Shown here piece after piece: positions 1 to 8,050 of a stretch of DNA of 16,175 nt. How positions within the stretch are numbered: position 1 is the first letter of the stretch; each line of letters begins with the position of its first letter. The notes under the pieces are model-generated. The model saw only the letters and a list, made by a program, of their open reading frames with translations, searched no databases and had not been told where the DNA came from. The position numbers were made by a program, and so were the translations under genes. The stretch is from Vulcanimicrobiota bacterium (lineage in GTDB: Bacteria; Vulcanimicrobiota; Vulcanimicrobiia; Vulcanimicrobiales; Vulcanimicrobiaceae), in the NCBI GenBank assembly GCA_003133025.1, contig PKZK01000199.1, positions 1 through 16,175 on the forward strand, read 5' to 3'.

Positions 1-1103
1 ACCCCCGACGAGTACGCCGCCGCGGTGCTCCTCGCTGACGGCGCCGAAACCGACGCGGCCGCACCGGTAGCGCTCGCCGCGGGCGCGATCGACGGGACCG
101 CTACGGCAGCGCTCGTCGCCGACGGCGCAGGCGTTTCCGTGCCGCTCGATCCGCCGCTGCTCGGCGCGGCGGTGTTCAGCGTGGCGCTGCCGGTTCCGCC
201 GCTGCTCGCCGCGCCCGCGCCGTTCGCGCCCGAGCTTCCGGCGCCCGCCGACGAGCCGGTGCTCCCGGAGGCTCCGCTCGCCGATGTGCCGGCGCCGCTC
301 GACGCGCCCGTTCCGCCCGCGCCGCCGGTGGCCGTCGTGGCCGACGAGGTGCCCGCATACGCCACGTGGATCGGCAGATTGGCGACCGACTGCGGATCGA
401 AGATGTCGCCGCGCACGTCGATCTGCGTCTCGCGGCCGGGTTGGTAGATGATGCCGCCCGGCGCGCGCAGGTTGTTGGGCGAAATCGCGTTGACCACGTC
501 GGTCAGCGTCAGGTTGTCCGCGGCGAGCAGGTTGGGATTGACCAGCACTTCGTAGGCGGCCTGAGTCGTGCCGTAAACCGAGGCCTGCGACACGCCCTGG
601 TACTGCTCGATGGCCGGCACGATCTGATTGTTGGTCAGCGCACCGAGCACTTCGGGATTATACTTCTTGGAGACGAGCGAGATCGTCAGAACGTTCGGTT
701 CGCTCGGGTCGGCGACGCGAATCGTGGGCGCCTGAATCGTGGAAGGCAATTGGCGCTGCGCCGCCTGCAGCGCCTTCTCGACGTTGGCGATGTTCTCGGT
801 GTCGGTGGAGGTCAGCGCAAACGAGGCCGCGATCGAAACGTTGCCCGACTCGATCGTCGTGTCGATGTGATCGAGATACGGCGTGCCTGCGATCTGGTCT
901 TCGATCGGTTCGGCCACCTCTGTTTGCAGTTCGGTGGTCGAAGCACCGTTATAGCTTACCTGCACGTTGATCGTCGGTTCGCCGGTGTTCGGCATCTGCT
1001 GCACGACGAGCGTGCGCAACGCGAAGATCCCGGCAAGACACGTCAGCGTGACGAAGACGAACGTCAGCGTCGAGCGCTTGAGAAAGGCTCGGGTCAGGCT
1101 CAT
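1..1103 (-). CDS. RND efflux transporter permease subunit (AcrB/AcrD/AcrF family), N-terminal part; continues off the left edge
   Basis: Not in the ORF track (no stop in window). Hand translation from ATG 1103-1101 gives MSLTRAFLKRSTLTFVFVTLTCLAGIFALRTLVVQQMPNTGEPTINVQVSYNGASTTELQTEVAEPIEDQIAG..., the typical RND TM1/PN1 pattern. It starts immediately after the adaptor stop (TAG-ATG) and stays open to position 1. Confidence 0.93.
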   Translation of the reverse strand, partial: MSLTRAFLKRSTLTFVFVTLTCLAGIFALRTLVVQQMPNTGEPTINVQVSYNGASTTELQTEVAEPIEDQIAGTPYLDHIDTTIESGNVSIAASFALTSTDTENIANVEKALQAAQRQLPSTIQAPTIRVADPSEPNVLTISLVSKKYNPEVLGALTNNQIVPAIEQYQGVSQASVYGTTQAAYEVLVNPNLLAADNLTLTDVVNAISPNNLRAPGGIIYQPGRETQIDVRGDIFDPQSVANLPIHVAYAGTSSATTATGGAGGTGASSGAGTSASGASGSTGSSAGAGSSGANGAGAASSGGTGSATLNTAAPSSGGSSGTETPAPSATSAAVAVPSIAPAASATGAAASVSAPSARSTAAAYSSG

Positions 1104-2435
1104 CTATTTAGACGGTGCTTCGCTCGCGGTGCTCTTCGGCACGCCGCCGACCGGCTGCGCGCGGTCGCCGTTGCCGACGGTCACCGCGTTGACGTTCTTG
1201 ATCACCAACTCTCCGGCGGCGAGGCCGGTGACGACGGCCTGCGCGCCGTCGTCGGCGACTTCGTCGCCCGCTTTCTGGTGCACGACGCCGCCGTCGACGG
1301 TGTAGACGGTGGTGCGCGTGTCGTCGATGAAGGCCGTGTCGGGGATCAGCAAGCCGCGCACCGTGGGCAGATCCACGTAGCCGTTCACCGGCATGCCCGC
1401 GTGCAAATGCTGGTCGGCGTTGTCGACGAGGACCTTGACGGTGAAGTTGGTCGTGCCCGGCTGGACTTGATCGAGCACCGCATCCACCACGCCGCGATCC
1501 TTATGCCAGCGGGGGTTTGCGCTGTAACTGGTGTTCACTTCGACCGACGCGGCGGCTCCGCGCCGCACGCTGAGCACCTGCGCCGTCGACGCGGGCAGCA
1601 CCGCGTAGACGCGACTGTTCTGCTCGATGGTGAAGAGCTGGCGACCGGAGGGATACTCGCCCGGATTCGCATTGACCGAATCGACGATGCCGTCGACGGG
1701 GGCGACGATCACGGCGCGGGCGATCTCGGCCTTGAGCTGATTCACGGTCGCCTGGGCCGCGTCTACCGCTTGCCGGGCCGCCTCGATCTCTTGCAGTTGG
1801 GCGCCCGCGTTCTGGCCGTTGCCGTTGGCGCTATCGTTCACCACGGCAGCCTGCAGATTGGCCCGCGCAGCCTGGACCGCTTGAAGGTCGCTCGCGACCA
1901 CCACGCGCTGCTGATCGAGGGTCTGCTCCGGGATGTATCCGCCGGCCGCGAGCTGCTGGTAGCGCCGAAGGTCGGTTTGGGCGCCGGCGAGGTTCACTTG
2001 CGCCTCGCGCAGCGCATCTTGCGCCGAGGTGACGCCGGTGTTGTTTTGCGCGGTGGTCGCGGTCGTTTGATATTGGGTCTGCGCGTACCGCGCCGCGTCT
2101 TCGCTAACCACCCGCTCCGACGACGCGAGTTGCGCTTCCAAGTCGTCGGTCAATTGACGCGCCAGAACCTGTCCCGCATGAACCTCCTGACCCTCGACCA
2201 CATCGACGTCGGCCAGCGGTTCGGAGAGGTTGGCGGTTACGGCCACCTGACGGTAGGGCGCGATCACGCCCGCGATCTGCACGCTGGGTGAGAGGTTGCC
2301 CTCGCGGGCCGCGACGGTCTGCACCTGCGGCGGAGGCGGCGTCGCCTTCGCGGCGGCTTCGGCCTTGTTGCCGCAGCCCGTACAAAGGCTCAAGAGCAAC
2401 CATATGCTCCGTCGAACGATCGCTTCTCTCTTCAC
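1104..2435 (-). CDS. RND efflux periplasmic adaptor (membrane fusion protein), predicted lipoprotein
   Basis: Lipoyl-half motifs VDVVEGQEVHAGQVLA and IVAPVDGIV flank a long Gln/Ala coiled coil; lipobox-like LLLSLCTG-C. Start moved from 2585 (which overlaps osmC) to GTG 2435 (VKREAIVRRSIWLLL), giving a normal signal peptide. Confidence 0.92.
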   Translation of the reverse strand: MKREAIVRRSIWLLLSLCTGCGNKAEAAAKATPPPPQVQTVAAREGNLSPSVQIAGVIAPYRQVAVTANLSEPLADVDVVEGQEVHAGQVLARQLTDDLEAQLASSERVVSEDAARYAQTQYQTTATTAQNNTGVTSAQDALREAQVNLAGAQTDLRRYQQLAAGGYIPEQTLDQQRVVVASDLQAVQAARANLQAAVVNDSANGNGQNAGAQLQEIEAARQAVDAAQATVNQLKAEIARAVIVAPVDGIVDSVNANPGEYPSGRQLFTIEQNSRVYAVLPASTAQVLSVRRGAAASVEVNTSYSANPRWHKDRGVVDAVLDQVQPGTTNFTVKVLVDNADQHLHAGMPVNGYVDLPTVRGLLIPDTAFIDDTRTTVYTVDGGVVHQKAGDEVADDGAQAVVTGLAAGELVIKNVNAVTVGNGDRAQPVGGVPKSTASEAPSK

Positions 2436-2504
2436 GGTAGTGGCGCCGTTTTTCCCGAACGCGGTCCGGCTAAAACGTTCTAAGGAAAGGCCCAGGATCG
2501 GCCA

Positions 2505-2539
2505 CGACGCGCGAAACTCTCGGACGTTTTCTCGCGTCG
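2505..2539. promoter_or_regulatory. Imperfect inverted repeat in the divergent RND/osmC intergenic region; candidate operator or leader hairpin
   Basis: CGACGCGCGAAA (2505-2516) pairs with TTTCTCGCGTCG (2528-2539), 11/12 complementary, 11-nt spacer, ending 8 nt before the osmC ATG. Confidence 0.35.
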
Positions 2540-2547
2540 AAACCGAT

Positions 2548-2991
2548 ATGAATCCACCAGATGAAATCGTCCGGTCGGCCTCCATTCACTGGGAGGGCGA
2601 CGTCGCGCGCGGGCGCGGATCGATTGCGACCGAAAGCGGAAAGGTCTCCGCCGACTATTCTTTCGGCACGCGCTTCAGCGGCGACCCGGGAACGAATCCC
2701 GAAGAACTGCTCGGTGCGTCGCATGCGGCTTGCTTCACGATGGCGCTGAGCGCAGTGCTCACGCGCGCGGGCCACGCGCCGACGTCGCTCGATAGTACGG
2801 CAAAGGTGCAGTTGTCGAAGGACGGTCCCGGCTTCACGATCACCTCGATCGCACTCGCCGTGACCGGCGTCGTGCCCGGCATCACGCAAGCGGATTTCGA
2901 GAAATATGCCGGCGACGCGAAGGAATCGTGTCCGTTGAGCAAAGCGCTCAAGGCGGTGCCCATCACGCTCGAGGCGACGCTCTCGACGTAG
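2548..2991 (+). CDS. osmC: OsmC family peroxiredoxin
   Basis: Motifs WEG...G.G, YSFGTRF, GTNPEELLGASHAACFTMALS and AKESCPLSKAL with both catalytic Cys. Start set to ATG 2548 (147 aa, normal OsmC size) rather than 2296. Confidence 0.95.
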   Translation: MNPPDEIVRSASIHWEGDVARGRGSIATESGKVSADYSFGTRFSGDPGTNPEELLGASHAACFTMALSAVLTRAGHAPTSLDSTAKVQLSKDGPGFTITSIALAVTGVVPGITQADFEKYAGDAKESCPLSKALKAVPITLEATLST

Positions 2992-3006
2992 GCGTTCGCG
3001 CGCCGG

Positions 3007-3501
3007 CTATTGGCTGTACGTGCCGGTAATTCTGCCCTGGGCGAGCACTGCGCCGCGGATCGAAAACATCACGTATGCGCCCGTCGCCGTTTCGGTCAGG
3101 CCGATCTTCTTGTCCAGCGCGTAGACGTTGAAGAGATAATGGTGCGGTGGATCGCCCGGCGGCGGCGCCATGCCCCCGAATCCGGAGAAGCCGAAATCGG
3201 TGTAACCGTGGACGCTGCCCGGAGGCTGCGCGCCGGGCGCTCCGGCACCTTCGGCAAGTTCGACGATCTGCGGATCGATGTCGAAGAGCAGCCAGTGCCA
3301 CCAACCGACCGTCGTCGGTGCATCGGGATCGAAGCAGGTGATCGCGTAACTCTTCGTGCCCGAGGGCCCCGGCGTCCAGGCGAGTTGCGGCGAGCGGTTG
3401 CTGCCGCCCGTGCTGGGATCGAAGGCCATCGAGAGCGGCAGCCGCGCACCATCGGCAAAGGTCGTGCTGGTCACCGCGAGCCGCTGCATTGAATCGCTCA
3501 T
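3007..3501 (-). CDS. YbhB/YbcL family (PEBP / Raf kinase inhibitor-like) protein
   Basis: NRSPQLAW, DPDAP..GWWHW, G..PPPGD..HHY.F.VYALD motifs; GGAGG Shine-Dalgarno 6 nt before the ATG. Confidence 0.95.
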   Translation of the reverse strand: MSDSMQRLAVTSTTFADGARLPLSMAFDPSTGGSNRSPQLAWTPGPSGTKSYAITCFDPDAPTTVGWWHWLLFDIDPQIVELAEGAGAPGAQPPGSVHGYTDFGFSGFGGMAPPPGDPPHHYLFNVYALDKKIGLTETATGAYVMFSIRGAVLAQGRITGTYSQ

Positions 3502-3556
3502 CCGTTTCCTCCGTCGAGCGAAATCTTGCGACCGTTCCCGGCGAATCCTTCCCCGG

Positions 3557-3931
3557 CTAGAGGGCGGCCGGGAGTGCCAGTGCGAGCGGCATCGGACGCG
3601 TCTCGTGGCGGTCCAATGGCCCGCAGTCGGGTTCTGCGATGACCTCGACCTGTTCGAGGTTTCCGAGGCGGAGCGTGCCGCGAACGTCTTGCCGTTCGCA
3701 ACCGGTGCGCGTGTCCCACGAGTAGCTCACGCTCGGCCCGTTGGTCGACGGTGCAGGCGGCGGTTCGACCGATCCGGCGACGATGCTCGCTCCGGTGCCC
3801 ATCGCGAGGAGCATCGAAATCGAAAAGACCGCGCGACGCTTCGCGAGCGCTCCGCAGAGTGCGGCGAATATCGCCAACAGGTAGATGCAACTCGGGATCA
3901 GGTTCATGCGCACTTCCACAACGTCGTTCAT
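3557..3931 (-). CDS. Small hypothetical membrane protein (two hydrophobic segments, Pro-rich linker, C-terminal domain with two Cys)
   Basis: 124-aa ORF filling the gap between the phosphoesterase and the YbhB gene on the same strand. Hydrophobic stretches IYLLAIFAALCGALA and AVFSISMLLAMGTGASIVA. Alternative start at ATG 3907. No family recognised. Confidence 0.55.
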   Translation of the reverse strand: MNDVVEVRMNLIPSCIYLLAIFAALCGALAKRRAVFSISMLLAMGTGASIVAGSVEPPPAPSTNGPSVSYSWDTRTGCERQDVRGTLRLGNLEQVEVIAEPDCGPLDRHETRPMPLALALPAAL

Positions 3932-3985
3932 ACGTACATCGGTTTACCCTGCCGGGTGCTTTACGCAAAGAGCGCACACTTTTTG

Positions 3986-4035
3986 GTAACGTTCCGGTAA
4001 CGTCACCGGTCGAGGCGTCGTAACCCGAGCGTAAC
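3986..4035 (-). promoter_or_regulatory. Four GTTAC direct repeats (two pairs with 11-bp period); candidate transcription-factor site
   Basis: On + strand GTAAC begins at 3986, 3997, 4020 and 4031, i.e. GTTAC-N6-GTTAC twice on the - strand, within a 105-bp intergenic region. Confidence 0.5.
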
Positions 4036-4036
4036 T

Positions 4037-5527
4037 TTATCGATGAAGCAACGTCATGGGATGGGGCCGCAAAATCAACGGCTTGCGCGGTGGTGCGGCG
4101 ATGTTGAAGTCGTTGAGCAGACTGCCGTAAGCGCTCTCTTGGTCGCGATAGTCGGGTCGTGGATCGGGGCGTCCCGCTTGGCTCATCCGTTCGCTGCCGA
4201 GGAAGACGTCTTCGATGAGTTTGAGGTAGCAGTCGGTGCTGCAGAGTTGATGATCGATGTAGCCGCGCTTGGCGAGCGGGCTGATGATCAGGGCCGGAAC
4301 GCGCATGCCCAAACCCAGCGCATCGAAGTTGAAACCCGGCGGCTGGTGATCGTAGAAGCCGCCCATGTCGTCCCACACCAGGAAGATCGCGGTGCTATTC
4401 CATTGCGCCGAGGGGCCGCTTGCGACGGCGTTGATCAGCCCCGTCACGTAGGCTTGGCCGTCGGAAATGGTCGCTTGCGGATGCTCGCTGTCGTAGTAAT
4501 TCGGCAGCACCCACGAAACCTGGGGCAACGTACCGTTGGCCGCGTCCGAGTAAAATTGCGTCGTCGTATTGCCCACGGCGTTGAGATACTGGCCGTCCTG
4601 GTTGACGGTCTCGAAGCCGCCGAGCGGAATCCAGATGCCTTGCACCTTGTCGAAGGGCGCGCCGATCGGCGAGCCCAAGCCACCGTCGAGATACGCTTTC
4701 CACGCAATGTTCTTCTGGTAGAGCAGATAGGTGATGTCGGTCCAGAGGTACGGGATTTCGTACTGACCCGTCTGCTCCCACTGCTCGCCGTTGGTCGTGC
4801 TCGAGCAACTGTTGACGTTGGGCGGATTGATCTGCGAGCAGACTGCGGCCCAGCCGGAGAAGAGCGCGAGGTGCGCGGGCAGACTCCAGGATTGAATCGA
4901 CTCGAAGAAGTTGTCTTGAAGCACGTAGTTGCGCGCGTAGGCCCAGTAATTGGGCAGATCGGTTCCGTCGTGATAGCCCATGACGTCGATCGAGCACCCG
5001 GGCGAGACGCGACGCCCGACTTCCGGATCGACGAGCGTGCGGCCCGAGCGCGCCTGCCGGCCGTCGTTGCCGGGCGCGCAGCCCTCACCGAGTTCGGCTT
5101 CCTTGGCGGCCACGAACCCATCCATCTTGCCGCCGTCGACCTGCTGCACTTGGTACTGGTAGGTGTACGGTCCGCCCTGATTGCTGTCGACGTGATTGGG
5201 ATACGGCGTGTCGCACGCGCTCGGATGCCAGGGATCGATCTGGCACGGCGGCGAGGTGGGGATGCCGTTTGCGCCGGGATACGTGCCGAAGTATTCGTCG
5301 AACGAGCGATTCTCTTGAACGATGAAGACCAAATGTTTCAGGCTGCCCGCCGGCGCGAGCGTGGGAGCCGGCGTGGGCGAAGCGGTCGGCGCTGGGCTGG
5401 GCGTGGGGATGGGCGTCACGTGCGATACGGGCGTAGAACTCGACCCGCCGCTGCCCCCGCACGCAATCGCGCTCAGACAGCCGAGCGCGATGAAGAGAGT
5501 TCGAGCCGTGTCGATTCGCAGCCGCAC
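4037..5527 (-). CDS. Phosphoesterase family protein (phospholipase C / AcpA-like acid phosphatase), predicted lipoprotein
   Basis: KHLVFIVQENRSFDEYFG, SEHP, WDDMGGFYDH and GMRVPALIISP motifs; signal LSAIA-C followed by a Pro/Thr/Ser linker. Confidence 0.92.
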   Translation of the reverse strand: MRLRIDTARTLFIALGCLSAIACGGSGGSSSTPVSHVTPIPTPSPAPTASPTPAPTLAPAGSLKHLVFIVQENRSFDEYFGTYPGANGIPTSPPCQIDPWHPSACDTPYPNHVDSNQGGPYTYQYQVQQVDGGKMDGFVAAKEAELGEGCAPGNDGRQARSGRTLVDPEVGRRVSPGCSIDVMGYHDGTDLPNYWAYARNYVLQDNFFESIQSWSLPAHLALFSGWAAVCSQINPPNVNSCSSTTNGEQWEQTGQYEIPYLWTDITYLLYQKNIAWKAYLDGGLGSPIGAPFDKVQGIWIPLGGFETVNQDGQYLNAVGNTTTQFYSDAANGTLPQVSWVLPNYYDSEHPQATISDGQAYVTGLINAVASGPSAQWNSTAIFLVWDDMGGFYDHQPPGFNFDALGLGMRVPALIISPLAKRGYIDHQLCSTDCYLKLIEDVFLGSERMSQAGRPDPRPDYRDQESAYGSLLNDFNIAAPPRKPLILRPHPMTLLHR

Positions 5528-5643
5528 CTGGGGGCGATTCTGCCCTCGGCGGGTATCTCTTGCGCTGCGCGCGGGCCGATCCCGGCGCCTCGATCGCAGT
5601 CTTCTCGACGGTGCCGTTTTTGCACGTCGTGCGTTGCTTCTGG

Positions 5644-7980
5644 TCAGTGCTTTGCGGCGCCGGCACTCGACGGGTTGGATGAGAGGAACGTCGTTGCCGT
5701 GAATCGGGTGCCGTCGGTGGCGATCGTAACGGCGCCGCTACTATCGGTACGGTAGACCTTCGCGCCCGCGCTTTCCAACGTGGCGATCGTGTGCGGCGAG
5801 GGGTGTCCGAAGAGATTCTCGCGCCCGACGGAAACGATCGCGATCTGCGGCGACACCGCGCGAACGAACTCCGGCGTGGAACCGTACGCCGAACCGTGGT
5901 GACCGACTTTGAGTACCTCGGCGCGCAGGTCGACGCCGTTTGCCAGCAGACGTTGCTCGGCTTCCGAACCCGCGTCGCCGGTGAAAAGCATCCGAAAGCT
6001 GCCGTACTCGACGCGGAAGATGAGCGAATTGCTATTGATGTCGCTGCGCGTGCCCGTGAGAAACGGCAGCGTCGGAGCGTAGAAGCGGAAGGTTACGCCG
6101 TCGTCCGTGCGCCAGACGGTGCCGCCGCGCGGCTCGAGGAGCGGCACGCGACGCTCGCGCGCCGTGTCGAGCGCGTCGTGGTACGCGTGCCCTGCGTATG
6201 TCTGTCCGCTGTCGGCGAAGAACCCGCTGCCGAGCACTCGTAGGACGGGAGGCAGTCCGCCGACGTGATCGCCGTGCGGATGCGAGATCAGCACGCCGTC
6301 GAGGTGATGGATGCCGTGCCGGATCAAAAACGGCACCACGACGCGCTCGCCGACGGCTTCGGCCGGGGAAGCGCCTACGCTGAGGTTGCGTTCGAGCTTG
6401 CCGCCCGCGTCCACCAAGAATGTGTGGCCGCGAGGCGTTTCGATCAGGAACGAGTCCGCTTGTCCAACGTCGATCGCGGTGATGCGCAGATCGTGCGAGA
6501 CGGCGTGCGGCGGCCAAAGACAGAGCGCGACTGCGGCGGCGGCCAAGCCGCATGCCGCGATGCGCCGTCCGCGAGCGGCGAGCGCGGCGACGGTCACCAT
6601 CGCGATGTCGTACGCGCCGATTGCCCACGCGGGCGGCGGCGTCGCGACGACGTGCGCGCCGGGCAAGGTGCCGACCGTGCGCACGACGGCCACGATCCAG
6701 CCCAACAGCGACGTGTCGATGTTGGCGCAGGCCTGTGCGAGTAGCGGTATCGGCGTTGCGGCCAGTTCGGCGATGCCCACGAGCATCGCGACGCCGACCA
6801 CCGGCACGACGAGTGCATTGGCCAACGGCGCATACGGCGCAATCACGAGAAAGCCGAGCGCGGTCAAGGGCCACGTGCCCAACTGCGTCGCGCAGGTCAA
6901 GGCCAGCGCCTCGCTCGCGAACTCGGGCACGCGCAGCCGTTCGAACGCATGCGTGAAAGGTTCCGCGAAGAGTAGGATCGCGCCGACGCACGAGAACGAG
7001 AGCGCGAACGACAGCGAGAAGAGCGACGCCGGCCGCAACGCGGTCACGACGATCGCCGCCAGTGCGAACGCATTCCACGAGAAGGCCGGACGGCCCGCGG
7101 CGCGTGCGAGCAGACAGAACGACGCCATGGTCGCCGCCCGCAGCGAGGGCAGATGCGCGCCGCTGAAGACCGCATACGCCCACACGACGCCGATCGCCGT
7201 AAGCGCGGCGCCGATTCTCCCCGCGCCCAGCAACTCGAAGATCCATACCGCGAGCGCGGCGATCACGCCGAGATGCAAGCCGGCAGTCACGAGGATGTGC
7301 ACGGTGCCGGTGTCCTGGAATTCGGCGCGCAGGTCCGGCGGGAGCGCGCCGCGTTCACCCCACAAAGCGCCGGCGAGAATCGTCGCGTATGGCTCGGCGA
7401 GACCCGTGCGAAGCACCGAGCCGGCCCAGGCTCGCGCGCGAGGAAGCCAGAGTGACGCGTCACGGTCGTCGGGTGGTGCGCGCGCGACGACGACGACGTG
7501 CGTCAGACGTCCGGCAATACCGCGCTCCGCGGCAAACTCGCGCGGCGAGGGCTCGCCGGGATTGCGTGCGACGTCGGGTGATTCGAAGCGCGCGCGAAGT
7601 TGCAGGCGCGAGCCGACCTCAGGCGGCGTCGAACCCGGGATGAAGGCGCTCACGCGCCGCCCGTCGCTCAAGCGCAGGATCGCACCGTCGCCGTCGAGTG
7701 CACCGGACCGCTCGAGCACGACCGCCAGGTACGTGCGAGATCGAGCGTCGCCTGCAGGCCATGGCGGTTCGCCGTGCACGGCGGCCAGGCCGATGCCGAG
7801 CGCGAGCGCACCCATCAGGCCGGCGCGCGTCGCGGCGGGCACGACGTCGCAGAAGATATACGCGATCGTGGCGACGCCGAGTAAAGGCAAACCGAGCCCC
7901 AGCAACGCGCTCGCGGTTCCAGCGAGGAATGCGGCCGCGAGCGGAACCATGAACGCGCGCTTCACAACCGCGCTCATCAC
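5644..7980 (-). CDS. comEC: DNA internalization competence protein ComEC/Rec2
   Basis: RNPGE in the OB region; Competence domain FQDTGTVHILVTAGLH, PSLRAATM and SFALSF; metallo-beta-lactamase domain DVGQAD, SHPHGDH, FTGDA, KVGHHGS, FGHP. Start uncertain (7980/7977/7950). Confidence 0.96.
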   Translation of the reverse strand: MMSAVVKRAFMVPLAAAFLAGTASALLGLGLPLLGVATIAYIFCDVVPAATRAGLMGALALGIGLAAVHGEPPWPAGDARSRTYLAVVLERSGALDGDGAILRLSDGRRVSAFIPGSTPPEVGSRLQLRARFESPDVARNPGEPSPREFAAERGIAGRLTHVVVVARAPPDDRDASLWLPRARAWAGSVLRTGLAEPYATILAGALWGERGALPPDLRAEFQDTGTVHILVTAGLHLGVIAALAVWIFELLGAGRIGAALTAIGVVWAYAVFSGAHLPSLRAATMASFCLLARAAGRPAFSWNAFALAAIVVTALRPASLFSLSFALSFSCVGAILLFAEPFTHAFERLRVPEFASEALALTCATQLGTWPLTALGFLVIAPYAPLANALVVPVVGVAMLVGIAELAATPIPLLAQACANIDTSLLGWIVAVVRTVGTLPGAHVVATPPPAWAIGAYDIAMVTVAALAARGRRIAACGLAAAAVALCLWPPHAVSHDLRITAIDVGQADSFLIETPRGHTFLVDAGGKLERNLSVGASPAEAVGERVVVPFLIRHGIHHLDGVLISHPHGDHVGGLPPVLRVLGSGFFADSGQTYAGHAYHDALDTARERRVPLLEPRGGTVWRTDDGVTFRFYAPTLPFLTGTRSDINSNSLIFRVEYGSFRMLFTGDAGSEAEQRLLANGVDLRAEVLKVGHHGSAYGSTPEFVRAVSPQIAIVSVGRENLFGHPSPHTIATLESAGAKVYRTDSSGAVTIATDGTRFTATTFLSSNPSSAGAAKH

Positions 7981-8050
7981 GCGGGCCGCGGCTTATGTCA
8001 AGGTCCCTGCAGCTAGCGTCGCACGACTCGTCTGCGATCAGTCGCTTGCG

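Noticed and set aside
25..447. 140-aa Pro/Ala-rich + strand ORF
   Set aside because: It is the reverse-complement reading of the RND Gly/Ser-rich insertion.
366..2291. 641-aa + strand ORF, and similar long ORFs at 4043-5755, 6311-8476 and 14424-16025
   Set aside because: Antisense shadows of well-supported - strand genes; expected in high-GC coding DNA and lacking recognisable motifs.
2296..2585. Overlapping long N-termini of osmC (2296) and the adaptor (2585)
   Set aside because: Longest-ORF artefacts; family-sized starts at 2548 and 2435 leave a normal divergent spacer.
3944..3970. CTTT-N17-GGGTAA on the - strand resembling a SigB/SigF-type promoter
   Set aside because: Both elements are imperfect and short, so the match cannot be distinguished from chance.
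7996..8001. Perfect TTGACA on the - strand upstream of comEC
   Set aside because: No credible -10 hexamer at 16-18 nt spacing.
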